64,000 bases of DNA from Candidatus Poribacteria bacterium (GCA_965214095.1 OZ243938.1:1-64000), one strand, 5' to 3'; shown: positions 50,768-61,833, numbered from the stretch's first letter. Numbers and translations: made by a program. The notes: generated from the letters alone by a model not told the origin.

Positions 50768-51670
50768 TTATAGATCTGGCAGTTCTTCTCCGACAATAAG
50801 TCGATATGCCTCACGATATTTCTCACTTGTTTTGGTTATTACATTTTCAGGTAGATTTGGTGCTGGTGGCTGTTTGTTCCAACCAATTTCTGACAAGTAA
50901 TCTCGCACGAATTGCTTATCAAAACTTTGCTGTGGTTTGCCGGGTTCATACAAATCTGCAGGCCAAAAACGTGATGAATCGGGTGTGAATACCTCGTCAA
51001 TTAGAATCAACTCACCATCGCATTGTCCGAATTCAAACTTAGTATCACATAGGATAATCCCTGAGTCTTCGGCATACTTGCTTGCAGCTCTGAACAGTGC
51101 GAAACTGATGTCAATTAATGTATCCGTGAGTTCCGTTCCAACTTGATCCTTCATTTCATCAATTGTTATCGGTTCATCATGTTCACCTTGTTCTGCCTTA
51201 GTCGTTGGTGTGAAAAGCAGTTCAGGTAACTTATCCGACTCGCGCAATCCCGCGGGAAGTTTCTGCCCACAAATTTCTCCTGATTTCTGATAGGATGCCC
51301 ATCCAGAACCTGCGAGATAACCTCTCACAACGCATTCAACATCAACCCTATCGGCTTTACGGACAAGCATTGAACGTCCGTTCAGAAGCTTCGCATCAGG
51401 TTGCACTGATTCAGGATAATCTTCCACATCAGTTGAAATCACGTGGTTGTCAACAACGGATTTGGTGTAGTCAAACCAAAATGCTGACAATCCAGTCAGA
51501 ACCCGTCCTTTATCTGGGATACCGTTCGGTAAAACCACATCAAATGCTGACAATCTGTCAGTCGATATAATTAGAAATTCATCACCAAGATCATACAGAT
51601 CCCTAACTTTACCGCTATGGTGGGGTGTTAAGTTAGTTAATTCTGTTGATGTAATAACGTTTTGAGACAT
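50768..51670 (-). CDS. purC: Phosphoribosylaminoimidazole-succinocarboxamide (SAICAR) synthase
   Basis: GKVRDLY, DRLSAFD, ECVVRGYLAGSG, DTKFEFG, DEVFTPDSSRFW, SFDKQFVRD. Confidence 0.97.
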   Translation of the reverse strand: MSQNVITSTELTNLTPHHSGKVRDLYDLGDEFLIISTDRLSAFDVVLPNGIPDKGRVLTGLSAFWFDYTKSVVDNHVISTDVEDYPESVQPDAKLLNGRSMLVRKADRVDVECVVRGYLAGSGWASYQKSGEICGQKLPAGLRESDKLPELLFTPTTKAEQGEHDEPITIDEMKDQVGTELTDTLIDISFALFRAASKYAEDSGIILCDTKFEFGQCDGELILIDEVFTPDSSRFWPADLYEPGKPQQSFDKQFVRDYLSEIGWNKQPPAPNLPENVITKTSEKYREAYRLIVGEELPDL

Positions 51671-51699
51671 ATTTTCCTCCTATGGTTTACTATGTAATA

Positions 51700-52302
51700 T
51701 TATTCCTGTAATAGATTTTGAAGTGCGATAACTGATTTGTTTTCAGTATCAATTTGTCGGGCATTTTCAAGTGCTTCTTTTGCGAATTCTGTTTCACCGA
51801 GATAGAAATAACATGCAGCTTTTAAGGCATAGATTTCTACAATGGATTGATAGTCGTGCCGATAAAGATATTGTGCATCGGCATCCAATGCGTTATCTAT
51901 AGCACGTATAGCAGATGTAAAATCAGAATTGTCCTTGTTTCGCAGATATAATACATTTGCCAATCCAATCCAAGCATCTGCGTTAGATGAATCGTATCTA
52001 ACAGCATTTTGAAATGACTCTTGTGCTAAGGAAAACGTGAGTGCCAGACTTAGTTGACTCCAACCTACACCATTATATGCCTCAGCATATTCAGGATCGC
52101 TATTCAATGCCCTTTCAAAATTGAGAAGTGCTTGCGTGTAATTCCCTGAATTGTATGATATCCATCCCTGTTCAGTATGACGAATTGCAGAAGATGTATC
52201 GGTCTCAATGTCACCTGAACATCCAATCAGTGTTAGCAGAAGTAAAACAGCATTAATTACTGCAGCATGTATATAATAACGTCTCATTTTTTTATTGGAC
52301 AC
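51700..52302 (-). CDS. TPR-repeat lipoprotein
   Basis: Lipobox-like LIGC; TPR helices (AYNGVGW, AWIGLA). Confidence 0.75.
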   Translation of the reverse strand: MSNKKMRRYYIHAAVINAVLLLLTLIGCSGDIETDTSSAIRHTEQGWISYNSGNYTQALLNFERALNSDPEYAEAYNGVGWSQLSLALTFSLAQESFQNAVRYDSSNADAWIGLANVLYLRNKDNSDFTSAIRAIDNALDADAQYLYRHDYQSIVEIYALKAACYFYLGETEFAKEALENARQIDTENKSVIALQNLLQE

Positions 52303-52327
52303 AGAATTAATGATGATTAATCCTATC

Positions 52328-55300
52328 CTACTCCGATTTCAAGGTTGATAATAATGGACTTCTAAGTGCCACTGAAACGGCAATACAATTTGAAATTATA
52401 CCAAATACGAATATCAATAACAAGGTAATCGTTAATGAAATCCACGGAAATGAAGGTAGATGTCCCTGTGAACTGATGATTGCGACAATACCTGCTGCAA
52501 TACCGATTAACATACCTACCGCCAAAATGAAGCAACTTTCAAGTAGTAACATTTTAAATAGAAGTTGCATACGGAAACCGAATGCACGCAATGTCGCCAA
52601 ATGCCTTCTCCGTTCAATGATGTTTCTAAACAATACCAGACCGATACCTATAGTTCCAATTAACACACCTAAACCACCAAGACTCTGAAAAGTTGAGATA
52701 TACGTATTTTCAACTGCTCGGAAGTTTGCAAGTCGTTCTGAAGCAGAAGTCACATCGAAACCGTATTCCTCTAATGTAGTCTCCAGTACTTGCTGTGTTT
52801 GTTCTCGCAATTCAACTGGTGTTTTGATGAGAAAAAACTGATACCCACTTTGACTTGGAAAGTTCTTTATGAAATCGGATTCGGAGATAATCAATTGACT
52901 CTGAAAAAGGCTGTTCTTAATTGTGTTGAGTTGCAAGAATAACGAATCACCGTTCTCATCTTGTATAATGAAATCATCTTTCGGATTGTGATGTAAAATC
53001 CATCTTAATGAATTTTCATCACCGATTGCATACACTCTTTGCTGATCTGGATTTCCTGAGAATAGGGGTCGCCATGGTTCTTCGTTTCTCATACTAAATG
53101 GTGCACCTAAAATCTGCGGCTTATTAGGTTTGTAAAGATTGAGACAACTCACATCTTCACCCGGTAATACGCGAAATGGAAATATATCTGACTTTGCAAT
53201 TAATGCCGAATCTTCTTCATTGAAACCGAGATCAAGTCTACCCTCAGGTGAATTTAGATTCTGGTATAATGGTAGTGAAGACTCTGCTACAAAAGCATAT
53301 TCAGTTTCTGGTAGTGCATCATGTCTATTCACACCTACAGCAACTATAATACAACAAGCCAAACTCATAACAATTACAGAACTGTTACTATGCATCGGTT
53401 GCCACGCTGCATTTTTAAGTCCAAATCTCAGCCGGTTCAAACGTTTAGGAACTCTTTGTGCCCCTAACCATCTATCAAACAAAAAAGTCCCGACTCCGAG
53501 AATAGCAATTGCAGAAACCAACAATCTGACAATGGGATGATTGAATATCACTGCTACAAATTCATAAACCTGTGAACCTTTGAGAGAAAAAACTAATATC
53601 GCAGCAACAAAACCGACTATTGTTCCAATGACAATACCTATTAGTCCTGTCCAACCTTTTATTTTATATCTGAATTGTATGTTACTTTGATGATGCATTG
53701 TAGGACTTAGGTTATTCATTATGTATGAAACAAACTTACTGCTAAGAATAAGATATAGTATAGAAATGAAAAATAGGCTAAAAATGAATCCACCCCATCC
53801 CTCAGTACCTAAGAAATAACCTGAAATAATACCGAAGGATATACCAAGATATAGTGATGTTTTCTTGTCTATTTCGGTCTGTAAACTCTGAGATTTGGTT
53901 TTTCGTGATACCTCAGTAAAATCAGTTTCTCCCGATAGTAATGCTATAGTTGGTGCTTTTCCAAGCCTTTTGACAACGTGCCGTATGAAATAGATCACAA
54001 TAACAAGCGTTGCAAAAATACCGATCAATAAACTCCATTTACCAATATAGAGATCAATAAATGGTGTGCCTATAGCAGGTAACCACCATGTTTTTAATCC
54101 AAATATCATCAATTGTGCATAACCAACCGCAAATAGACAACCTATTACACTACCGATACATGCGATAAAGATTCCTTCAAAAAGGAAACGTCTACGAATT
54201 TTGGCAAGTTTGTACCCAACTGCTTGTAGTATTCCGATTTCACTGGAACGTTGTTCCACACCGATACCGAAGGTTGTACTAACAAGAGTCGCTGCAGCCA
54301 GAATAATAAGAATGCTCAGACTACTAAATAACATACCAAAATCTGTTGACCCCTTAGAAGACTGCAATCCCTCTTCTCGAAGTGACAATAATTGGTATCC
54401 GATTTCTTCAGGTTTTATCAATTTTAGGAATTCTGATTCGAATAATGTCTTCGTTTCATCTATATCCTTACCCGGTGCAGCCGCCATCCGAATTGATGTA
54501 AGGTCACCAAACCGATTTTTCCAAAGGTTTTGTCCAGTACTCAATGGTATAAATGCCTTTGGCGTTGCCTTGTATTCATCCCAATAGACTTCGTCCTTAT
54601 CACGCACTCGGTTGTAATCAAAAGGAAATGGTGGATCCCAATCTGAAAGACCTGCTGTATCATGAATTCCAGGAAATGTCGGTATTATGTTTGTATCAGC
54701 GGCAACGCCTTCAATTGGAACGATGCCTTTCAACGTAAATGAAGCACTTCTTGTAATGTACTCTTCTTCAGCATTAACACTGAAATATGTGATACTGATT
54801 TTTTCACCTGTCTTAACCCCGAGATCGTCTGCAGTCCATTCATTGAGAAAAATATCATTCTCTTCTATCTGTTCAGGATTATATTGGTCAAATGGTCTAT
54901 CAATTTTCTTATTTCTAATCGGTAATGCTAATATTGTTGAATATGGGACAATATTGGAGGCATTACCATTATCTAAAGAGGTTATTGTATTTGCCAAGTA
55001 GGTAAACGTTGGGATTGTAGGAATGCTATATGTTGATGCAACAGTCAATGCTGCTTCAGATAGTTTGGGTTCAAGCAGGTACTGATTGCTCTGCAAATCA
55101 AAATGGTTCTCGCCTGATTTGATCTTCAAACCAAGTGTATTAAATGTGAGATGAAGTGTAGCAGAGGAAATCGGTTCTGTATCTGCAGTAAACATAGCGT
55201 TTACTTTGCCAGTTTGTCCAAGGATTTTTTGCAGAATAGAGCGTGAAATATAAGCATTAAGTGGAAGACTTTGATTAGGATGGATACTAAATCTGCCAGC

Positions 55301-55858
55301 ATTTTCGGTTGAGATAATATCACTTACAATCACACGTAGACTTTGAATAATATCGTCAGCATCACGAGTTCCCAACAGAAATTCTGGATGTATTTCCGCA
55401 GCTTTTGGAAAATTGACGAGAATTGCGTCACCTACCTGAACATTGAGTTCTTTCTGAAGTGCTTCATTAATTACAATATTGGCAAATGGCGGATTTACTT
55501 GTTTGTTCAAATTTGGTATAGAAGTTTGATCCCAAAAATCAAGAAAGGTTTCCTCAACACCATAAATATTAACCTTTGATGCACGTGCGTCAGTATCGGC
55601 AGCGACAACCGTCCCATTCAAAAGAATGGCAGCTTCCATATTTTGTCGTTTGATAATTTCTGGTAAAAAAAAATGATCCGCGATTACGGCATGTTGGATT
55701 TTACCTAACCGTTCTAATGTGATATTTCGTAAACTACCCTGCATGGAGTCCCCAACTATCAATGCCCCAGCAAGTACCCCTGTTGCAACTGCAGTACATA
55801 ACGCAACAATAAGATGAACTTTCCAATAGTATTTTGCTGTTTTCAAGATGTTACGCAT
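52328..55858 (-). CDS. Large FtsX/MacB-like ABC permease
   Basis: GALIVGDS, EQRSSEIGILQAVG, ERRRHLATLRAFG (two FtsX domains) with large periplasmic loops. Confidence 0.88.
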   Translation of the reverse strand: MRNILKTAKYYWKVHLIVALCTAVATGVLAGALIVGDSMQGSLRNITLERLGKIQHAVIADHFFLPEIIKRQNMEAAILLNGTVVAADTDARASKVNIYGVEETFLDFWDQTSIPNLNKQVNPPFANIVINEALQKELNVQVGDAILVNFPKAAEIHPEFLLGTRDADDIIQSLRVIVSDIISTENAGRFSIHPNQSLPLNAYISRSILQKILGQTGKVNAMFTADTEPISSATLHLTFNTLGLKIKSGENHFDLQSNQYLLEPKLSEAALTVASTYSIPTIPTFTYLANTITSLDNGNASNIVPYSTILALPIRNKKIDRPFDQYNPEQIEENDIFLNEWTADDLGVKTGEKISITYFSVNAEEEYITRSASFTLKGIVPIEGVAADTNIIPTFPGIHDTAGLSDWDPPFPFDYNRVRDKDEVYWDEYKATPKAFIPLSTGQNLWKNRFGDLTSIRMAAAPGKDIDETKTLFESEFLKLIKPEEIGYQLLSLREEGLQSSKGSTDFGMLFSSLSILIILAAATLVSTTFGIGVEQRSSEIGILQAVGYKLAKIRRRFLFEGIFIACIGSVIGCLFAVGYAQLMIFGLKTWWLPAIGTPFIDLYIGKWSLLIGIFATLVIVIYFIRHVVKRLGKAPTIALLSGETDFTEVSRKTKSQSLQTEIDKKTSLYLGISFGIISGYFLGTEGWGGFIFSLFFISILYLILSSKFVSYIMNNLSPTMHHQSNIQFRYKIKGWTGLIGIVIGTIVGFVAAILVFSLKGSQVYEFVAVIFNHPIVRLLVSAIAILGVGTFLFDRWLGAQRVPKRLNRLRFGLKNAAWQPMHSNSSVIVMSLACCIIVAVGVNRHDALPETEYAFVAESSLPLYQNLNSPEGRLDLGFNEEDSALIAKSDIFPFRVLPGEDVSCLNLYKPNKPQILGAPFSMRNEEPWRPLFSGNPDQQRVYAIGDENSLRWILHHNPKDDFIIQDENGDSLFLQLNTIKNSLFQSQLIISESDFIKNFPSQSGYQFFLIKTPVELREQTQQVLETTLEEYGFDVTSASERLANFRAVENTYISTFQSLGGLGVLIGTIGIGLVLFRNIIERRRHLATLRAFGFRMQLLFKMLLLESCFILAVGMLIGIAAGIVAIISSQGHLPSFPWISLTITLLLIFVFGIISNCIAVSVALRSPLLSTLKSE

Positions 55859-55889
55859 AGAATATATCCTATCTGAACGGTTGTAATTA

Positions 55890-56591
55890 TCAATTGTTGT
55901 TCGTTTCTACGGAATCTACTGTACACATACCATCAACAAGTCGAAGGTTAGTCTGAAAACGAGAAGCAAGTTCAAGATTGTGCGTGACGACAATCAATAT
56001 ATTACTTTCTGATTTATGCATCTCAAAGAGTAGATCTGCGATATTCTTTGAAGTAACGTTGTCTAAATTACCTGTCGGTTCATCGCAGAGTAATATGCTG
56101 GGGCGGTTGATGAGAGCACGTGCAATTGCAACGCGTTGCCGTTCACCTCCAGAGAGTTCACCAGGACGATGTGATATCCTATCAATTAAGCCAACCCGTC
56201 TAATGAGTTCTTGTGCTTGCTTTGTAGCATCGGGATCGGGTTTAAACGCAAGTGTGGGAATGAGAACATTTTCAAGAACGGAGTATTGTGGTAGTAAATG
56301 ATGATCCTGAAATACAAAACCAATTACACTGTTGCGATAGCGGGCCAATTCAGGTTCTGAAAGATTAAAGGGATCCTTCCCATTTATTTCAACTTGTCCT
56401 TTTGTGGGTTTCTCTAATGTGCCAATGATGTGTAATAGTGTGCTTTTGCCAGAACCAGACGGACCGGTGATTGCAATGGATTCACCAGAACGAAAACCAA
56501 ATGATACATTACGTAAAACTTCCACTTCTCCAAAATCTTTAGATAGATTTGAAACTGTCAAATGATGTGTCTTCTTATCATCTTCATGCAT
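55890..56591 (-). CDS. LolD/MacB-like ABC ATP-binding protein
   Basis: GPSGSGKST, GFVFQDHHLL, LSGGERQRVAIARAL, CDEPTGNLD. Confidence 0.92.
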   Translation of the reverse strand: MHEDDKKTHHLTVSNLSKDFGEVEVLRNVSFGFRSGESIAITGPSGSGKSTLLHIIGTLEKPTKGQVEINGKDPFNLSEPELARYRNSVIGFVFQDHHLLPQYSVLENVLIPTLAFKPDPDATKQAQELIRRVGLIDRISHRPGELSGGERQRVAIARALINRPSILLCDEPTGNLDNVTSKNIADLLFEMHKSESNILIVVTHNLELASRFQTNLRLVDGMCTVDSVETNNN

Positions 56592-56639
56592 AATTGTATA
56601 GTAACCATTCCTAAAAATATGTTGAAATAATCCATAAGA

Positions 56640-56668
56640 AGTTTATCCTATTAAAACCGTAATGTCAA
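56640..56668 (-). promoter_or_regulatory. Sigma70 promoter for the ABC exporter genes
   Basis: TTGACA-17bp-TAAACT on the minus strand. Confidence 0.55.
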
Positions 56669-56733
56669 GTTCTTCAAAATAATACGCGGGGAAATTTAGT
56701 TTTAAGGATTTTCAGAAGAGAGATTACTGAAAG

Positions 56734-56988
56734 TTAATCCCAAGCCGGTAGGTGCGGCTTGGGACATTTAGCATTTGTGAAAAAAGGACAAGAAAAACCG
56801 AAAACCAAATACCCCTGAAGATAATCTGCTTGATGTTGTTCATTTTGTGGCACAGAACTTGCTACTTTTACACATTGCCGCAACCAATCCTCAGGGTTAT
56901 CTTGAATTAATTTTTTTGAAACAGCGTCATATTGTCCACGCTGTGACGAGTGGTCAATGTTTGGACGCTTTTCTGTATTTTGTGTCAT
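56734..56988 (-). pseudogene. Probable internally deleted Rpn-like (PD-(D/E)XK) remnant
   Basis: YDAVSKKLIQDNPEDW resembles Rpn-like N-termini and is joined directly to a helical segment; 84 aa; ends in a hairpin containing a REP fragment. Confidence 0.4.
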
Positions 56989-57029
56989 AGTAATTTATAT
57001 ATACATAGACTCATAGTCTTGAATAGATT

Positions 57030-58040
57030 TTATCTCCTTTCACTGGTTATTATTCCAACACCCGGACGCTCTGGTAACACTAACTTGCCTCTACCTATTA
57101 CAACACCTGAATAAGGATCATTAGAAATTAACAAATTTCCATCTAAATCTGCATAATCTACAAGTGGGGTCAGATGCGCAGCAGCAGTAATACCGAGTGA
57201 ACTCTCTATCATACATCCAATCATCACAAGCATTCCATAGGCACGCGCTACATGAATCATACGTAAGGCTTCTAAAATGCCACCACATTTTACTAATTTT
57301 ATATTTATCCCATCTACAGTTTCCACCAATTTAGGAATGTCACTTGAACGTTTTACACTTTCATCCGCGATGATTGGTAAGGTCGTGTGCTCACGGATAT
57401 ATCTTAGACCTTCTATATCATCTACCTTCGTTGGTTGTTCAATTAATACTACTCTTAATTGTGCCAACTCATTTATTATGTCAACTGCTTCATTCGGTGA
57501 CCATGCTGTGTTTGCATCAATATAAATCGGTTTGTCCGTAACTTTCCGGATTTCTTGAATAATCTCTATATCGTTAGGCGTACCAAGTTTGACTTTTAGA
57601 ATTGAATACGCATCTGCCTGTAATACTTTTTCAGCCATCACTGAAGGTTCATCAAGTCCGATAGTAAACGATGTGCATGGTGTTTTCTCTGGATTCAATC
57701 CCCATAGTTTGTAAAGCGGTACCCCTAATTTCTTACCTAATCTGTCGTGCAGTGCCATATCAATAGCAGATTTTGCAGCGTAATTACCATCAAGAACCGA
57801 TTCAATCTCATCCATTACATCATGGATATGATCAAGATTTCTATCAAGTAATGGTGTTAGCTTTTCTATCGCTGCTACAACCGTCTGCACAGTTTCTCCA
57901 TAAAACTTCGCTGGGGCCGCTTCACCAACACCACCATCAATCTCAACAGATACGACCTCACGATATGAATCAGTTTCACGACGCGAAATCTTGAAAGGAT
58001 TTTTCAAGTGTAATTTGGTGATTTTCGTGGCAATGTGCAC
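57030..58040 (-). CDS. L-Ala-D/L-Glu dipeptide epimerase
   Basis: SFTIG, LKVKLG, IDAN, IEQP, IADES, NIKLVKCGG, GCMIES, DLDG. Confidence 0.92.
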   Translation of the reverse strand: MHIATKITKLHLKNPFKISRRETDSYREVVSVEIDGGVGEAAPAKFYGETVQTVVAAIEKLTPLLDRNLDHIHDVMDEIESVLDGNYAAKSAIDMALHDRLGKKLGVPLYKLWGLNPEKTPCTSFTIGLDEPSVMAEKVLQADAYSILKVKLGTPNDIEIIQEIRKVTDKPIYIDANTAWSPNEAVDIINELAQLRVVLIEQPTKVDDIEGLRYIREHTTLPIIADESVKRSSDIPKLVETVDGINIKLVKCGGILEALRMIHVARAYGMLVMIGCMIESSLGITAAAHLTPLVDYADLDGNLLISNDPYSGVVIGRGKLVLPERPGVGIITSERR

Positions 58041-58042
58041 CT

Positions 58043-60175
58043 TTATTTACCTCGCGTCTTGTTAAAATGTTCCATGAAACGTTCAAACTTTTCTGAATCA
58101 ATCTGTGTCTCTTCCTTTAAATAAAGCCATATACCAATGAAGATGGCAGAGGCTTCCTGCATTACCGTAGAGTTTGGATGATTTAATGAATGTATGTCAA
58201 GTGTCATCGCCATTTTGTTTGTCTGTTGTATAATTGGTGTTTCTCTGTCCTGCACCGTAACAATTGGTGTTCCATAAAGATTTTCATTGAACTGTTCCAG
58301 AATCCGTTTTTGAAATGTCTCTGTGTCCTGATTGCCTCGGTTATGTTTTGCAACTACCATGTCTTTACCTACAATCATTGGAGAGTGATTTATCTGTAGA
58401 TAAAAACCCTCGTCCTTGATATTATTCACTTTCTCAATCCGTTCTTTAGTCGTAAGTTCTGACCCAGGTGTTTGGACAAGGTAAGTCTTTGCCCCAGCAA
58501 GTTCAAGCATCTCTTTCAATATTGTAATGAGTTGGTGGGTTTTATCTGTGTTTATCCGTGTATCAAGGACTATCACGGTATCTGTAAATGCCCCATCTGC
58601 AACAGCATGAAGTTTGTGATTGAATACCGATGACATGTTCTGTTCGATTTGTATATTTTGTGTTTTGGGATAAAATCCGACTTTTGAAAGATGAATTGTA
58701 ATATCAAACGGACTTTGTAATGACATCCCAGATTCTATGAAATAATGTCCCTCTCTATCTGTAACTGCTGTTAATTCAGGTCCAATAGTTACTGTAACAT
58801 CAGAAATCGGCATCTCCGAACTGCCATCGGTAACTTGTCCTTGCACAATTCCATGGGGAATGTCAGCAAAGTTGATTTCAACAAACTTGCTGGTTTGTCC
58901 ATAAGATACATCAACTATGGCATTACCCGATTTATCTGGTGCGTAAAGATAGAATAATACTATTCCACCATGTGTGAGTTTTTCAGTTTCAACCAATCTC
59001 CCATTGGTTGTCTTTGCTCTGATAAGTTCCCCTTCTGCAATTGGCTTTCCATCTATGTCGTAAGCAGTTACTGTAATACCAACATAACTCTTCCCATCAG
59101 ATGGAAGGATATCTGTCCATGCAACCATCTGTATATCAGCAGCAGGTGGTGCGACTTTGAACTGTTCTGGTTTCGGTAGACTATGATTTCCATAGTAATT
59201 TACTAACTCTGTCTGAACATATTGGATACCGTTCGTCAACGGTTCTTTGACTTTCACTGTGATAATATCCGTTTCACGATCATAGTTGAATGGAAACAGA
59301 ACATCATTTATCTTCACTTGAATAGTATTTGAATATACCTGTTGCCGTCTGAGCATCCAGGCACCCCGCTCATGTATGCCATCTTGGACTTGTAGCTTGA
59401 TTGTCGGTGTCTTTGTCTGTATGACAGATCCCTGTAACGGTGTTATCAGAACCCCTCTTGGGAAACCGCCTTCAACATAGCGTGCAATGCCGAGAAAATA
59501 TCCATAAGCCTCATTTTTCAAGTAATCATCATCTCTAAGTCGAGTTTCCTCTTCAGGGTTGGTGTAAAATGATGCTTCACATACAACAGCAGGACAATTT
59601 GTTAACCGTAGCACACCAAAACCTGATGCAACCACGAGTTTATCAGAATAAAGTCCTGTAGGTGGTGATTTCGGCAAACGAAGCGCATCTGATACACCTT
59701 GTTGTATATACCGTGCGAGGTCTAAACTCGGTCGTGATTCATCTGCATCACCGTGAAACCATGTTGAAGTATAGTTAACCTCTGGATTATCATCAAGTCC
59801 ATTATGATGTATGGATATGAAGAAATCTGCACCATTTTCGTTCGATATCTCACTTCGTTTTGCTAAACTGACGTACGAGTCATCTTCACGAGTCAAAATA
59901 ACAGTTGCTTCAGCTTTCTCAAGTAATTCACGAAGATAGAAGGCAACCTTAAGATTGATCTCTGCCTCACGTAATCCTGTCGGTCCACGTTTGTAATCAG
60001 GAATATGTCCTTGACCACCGTGTCCAGGATCCAAACAAATTTTGAACCCTTTGAGAAAACGTGCGTAAGGAGGTATTTCAAACACATCAGAATCATGATC
60101 CGATTGTTCATTTGCACTGATAGACAAAGTAAACGGTAGTGAAAGAATAACGATTAATATTATATACAGTCGCAT
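58043..60175 (-). CDS. Secreted N-acetylmuramoyl-L-alanine amidase with Ig-like domains and a degenerate second amidase-like domain
   Basis: ICLDPGHGG, EAEINL, SIHHN, VCEASF; middle beta-rich domains; C-terminal IVLDT...LKEMLELAGA...ERIEKVN...LQINH. Confidence 0.85.
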   Translation of the reverse strand: MRLYIILIVILSLPFTLSISANEQSDHDSDVFEIPPYARFLKGFKICLDPGHGGQGHIPDYKRGPTGLREAEINLKVAFYLRELLEKAEATVILTREDDSYVSLAKRSEISNENGADFFISIHHNGLDDNPEVNYTSTWFHGDADESRPSLDLARYIQQGVSDALRLPKSPPTGLYSDKLVVASGFGVLRLTNCPAVVCEASFYTNPEEETRLRDDDYLKNEAYGYFLGIARYVEGGFPRGVLITPLQGSVIQTKTPTIKLQVQDGIHERGAWMLRRQQVYSNTIQVKINDVLFPFNYDRETDIITVKVKEPLTNGIQYVQTELVNYYGNHSLPKPEQFKVAPPAADIQMVAWTDILPSDGKSYVGITVTAYDIDGKPIAEGELIRAKTTNGRLVETEKLTHGGIVLFYLYAPDKSGNAIVDVSYGQTSKFVEINFADIPHGIVQGQVTDGSSEMPISDVTVTIGPELTAVTDREGHYFIESGMSLQSPFDITIHLSKVGFYPKTQNIQIEQNMSSVFNHKLHAVADGAFTDTVIVLDTRINTDKTHQLITILKEMLELAGAKTYLVQTPGSELTTKERIEKVNNIKDEGFYLQINHSPMIVGKDMVVAKHNRGNQDTETFQKRILEQFNENLYGTPIVTVQDRETPIIQQTNKMAMTLDIHSLNHPNSTVMQEASAIFIGIWLYLKEETQIDSEKFERFMEHFNKTRGK

Positions 60176-60215
60176 TGATACAATCTCTATTTTTCTATTA
60201 CAGTTATTTATAAGT

Positions 60216-60260
60216 AAAAATGTCCGTAGCCATATAATTTACTATTGACTACGGACAAAA
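60216..60260 (-). terminator. Terminator after the nfeD-floA operon
   Basis: TGTCCGTAG...CTACGGACA stem with A runs on both sides (T tract on the minus strand). Confidence 0.6.
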
Positions 60261-60274
60261 GTTGATATGAATTT

Positions 60275-60781
60275 CTATTTCCTATTTCGTATCCCTTTAG
60301 GTTTTCCAAGAATTTCAGACAGAATAATACCTTGCCGAAAAGTTTCTGGAGAAAGATCAATCAGAGATGTTACGGGTAACGATTTCGTAGGTAAATTTGT
60401 TGGAGAATCTACAGGCACAGGAGGTACAGTTTGCCTACCTTGTGGTTCCGGTTCTTGAACTGTTTCAAGTTCAACTTGTTCCGTCACCATTGGAAATTCC
60501 TCTACCTCGTTTTCTATAGTTTCCTGTAAAACACCTTCGTCAACATCTAAACCTTCAAAATTCTGCATAAACGGTGGCAGCACCAATTCACTATCAGAAG
60601 GAACGTTAACTTCTGCGTTCATCTCTGAAGGAACGTTGCCTTCTGTGTTTGTTGCAGGAGGAACATTTACATCTTGGTTCGTGTCAGGAGCGCGTCTTTG
60701 GGGTTTACGACGACGCGCACCACTAAAGACCAAAAATAGAATCGCAAGAGCAATATACATTAACGTCTGAAAATCCATCAT
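60275..60781 (-). CDS. Single-TM acidic protein (YqfB-like) ending the floA operon
   Basis: N-terminal TM, disordered P/E-rich region, C-terminal RQGIILSEILGKPK. Confidence 0.65.
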   Translation of the reverse strand: MMDFQTLMYIALAILFLVFSGARRRKPQRRAPDTNQDVNVPPATNTEGNVPSEMNAEVNVPSDSELVLPPFMQNFEGLDVDEGVLQETIENEVEEFPMVTEQVELETVQEPEPQGRQTVPPVPVDSPTNLPTKSLPVTSLIDLSPETFRQGIILSEILGKPKGIRNRK

Positions 60782-60799
60782 TTTCTCCTTATAGTGATA

Positions 60800-61831
60800 T
60801 TATGACAGACCTAATGAGTGAGAAGACCGTGTTGTATCAGTATCTTTCTGTCCTCCAGGGGAAGCAATAGATTGCCGCATCTCAGTATCTGCAAGGATAT
60901 TGCGAAGCGTATAGTAATCCATCACACTCATGTTTTCAGAGTTGAAAGAATCTGAAATAGACAATGGAATTTCGGCTTCTGCTTCAATTAGTTTCACTGT
61001 CATTTCTTCCACATAAGCTTTATTCTCTTCCTCTTCCGCTTCAGCTTTAGCACGTCGTTCTTCAGCTTTAGCACGCGCAATCTTGAGTTCTGCCTGTGCC
61101 TGATCTGTCTGCAATTTTGCGCCGACGTTCTCCCCAACGTTGATATCTGCAATATCAATAGACAAAATGGTAAAAGCCGTTCCCGCTTCAAGTCCTTTTT
61201 CAAGCACTGTTTCGGAAATACGCACAGGATTTTCTAACACCTGTTTATGGTTTGTAGATGACCCAATCGTTGTGATAATCCCTTCACCAACTCTGGCACG
61301 TATCGTATCTTCTGTAGCACCACCAACAAGACGATCTATATTTGCTCTTACGGTTACTCTTGCTTTGACAATCAACTGGATGCCATCACGCGCAACTGCT
61401 GTGATGCCAGTGTTCGGATCCTCTTGGCTTGGAATATCAATAATCTCAGGTGTAACACTAACCTGCACTGCCTGTAGAACATCCCTTCCTGCTAAGTCAA
61501 TTGCTGCTGCCTGGGCAAACTCAAGCTCAATATTTGCTTTGTCTGCTGCAATAAGTGCAGCAACAACACTCGCAACGCGTCCACCTGCAAGGTAATGTGC
61601 TTCAAGATCATCAAGGGACAAGGTTAACCCTGCTTTCGTAGCGTTAATTTGCGGTCCTACTATATCTGACGGTGGGACACGACGTAAACGCATTGCAACA
61701 AGGTCAAATATACCGACTTTCACTCCAGCGGCAATAGCGGTTATCCATAAACCAAGCGGAACTAACCATGCAATAACAATCAAAAACAGTACTATACATA
61801 CAGCGATAATCGCTATTATTACAGTTTCCAT
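60800..61831 (-). CDS. floA: Flotillin-like FloA (YqfA) paralog 2
   Basis: [48 protein letters not shown]. Confidence 0.92.
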   Translation of the reverse strand: METVIIAIIAVCIVLFLIVIAWLVPLGLWITAIAAGVKVGIFDLVAMRLRRVPPSDIVGPQINATKAGLTLSLDDLEAHYLAGGRVASVVAALIAADKANIELEFAQAAAIDLAGRDVLQAVQVSVTPEIIDIPSQEDPNTGITAVARDGIQLIVKARVTVRANIDRLVGGATEDTIRARVGEGIITTIGSSTNHKQVLENPVRISETVLEKGLEAGTAFTILSIDIADINVGENVGAKLQTDQAQAELKIARAKAEERRAKAEAEEEENKAYVEEMTVKLIEAEAEIPLSISDSFNSENMSVMDYYTLRNILADTEMRQSIASPGGQKDTDTTRSSHSLGLS

Positions 61832-61833
61832 TA

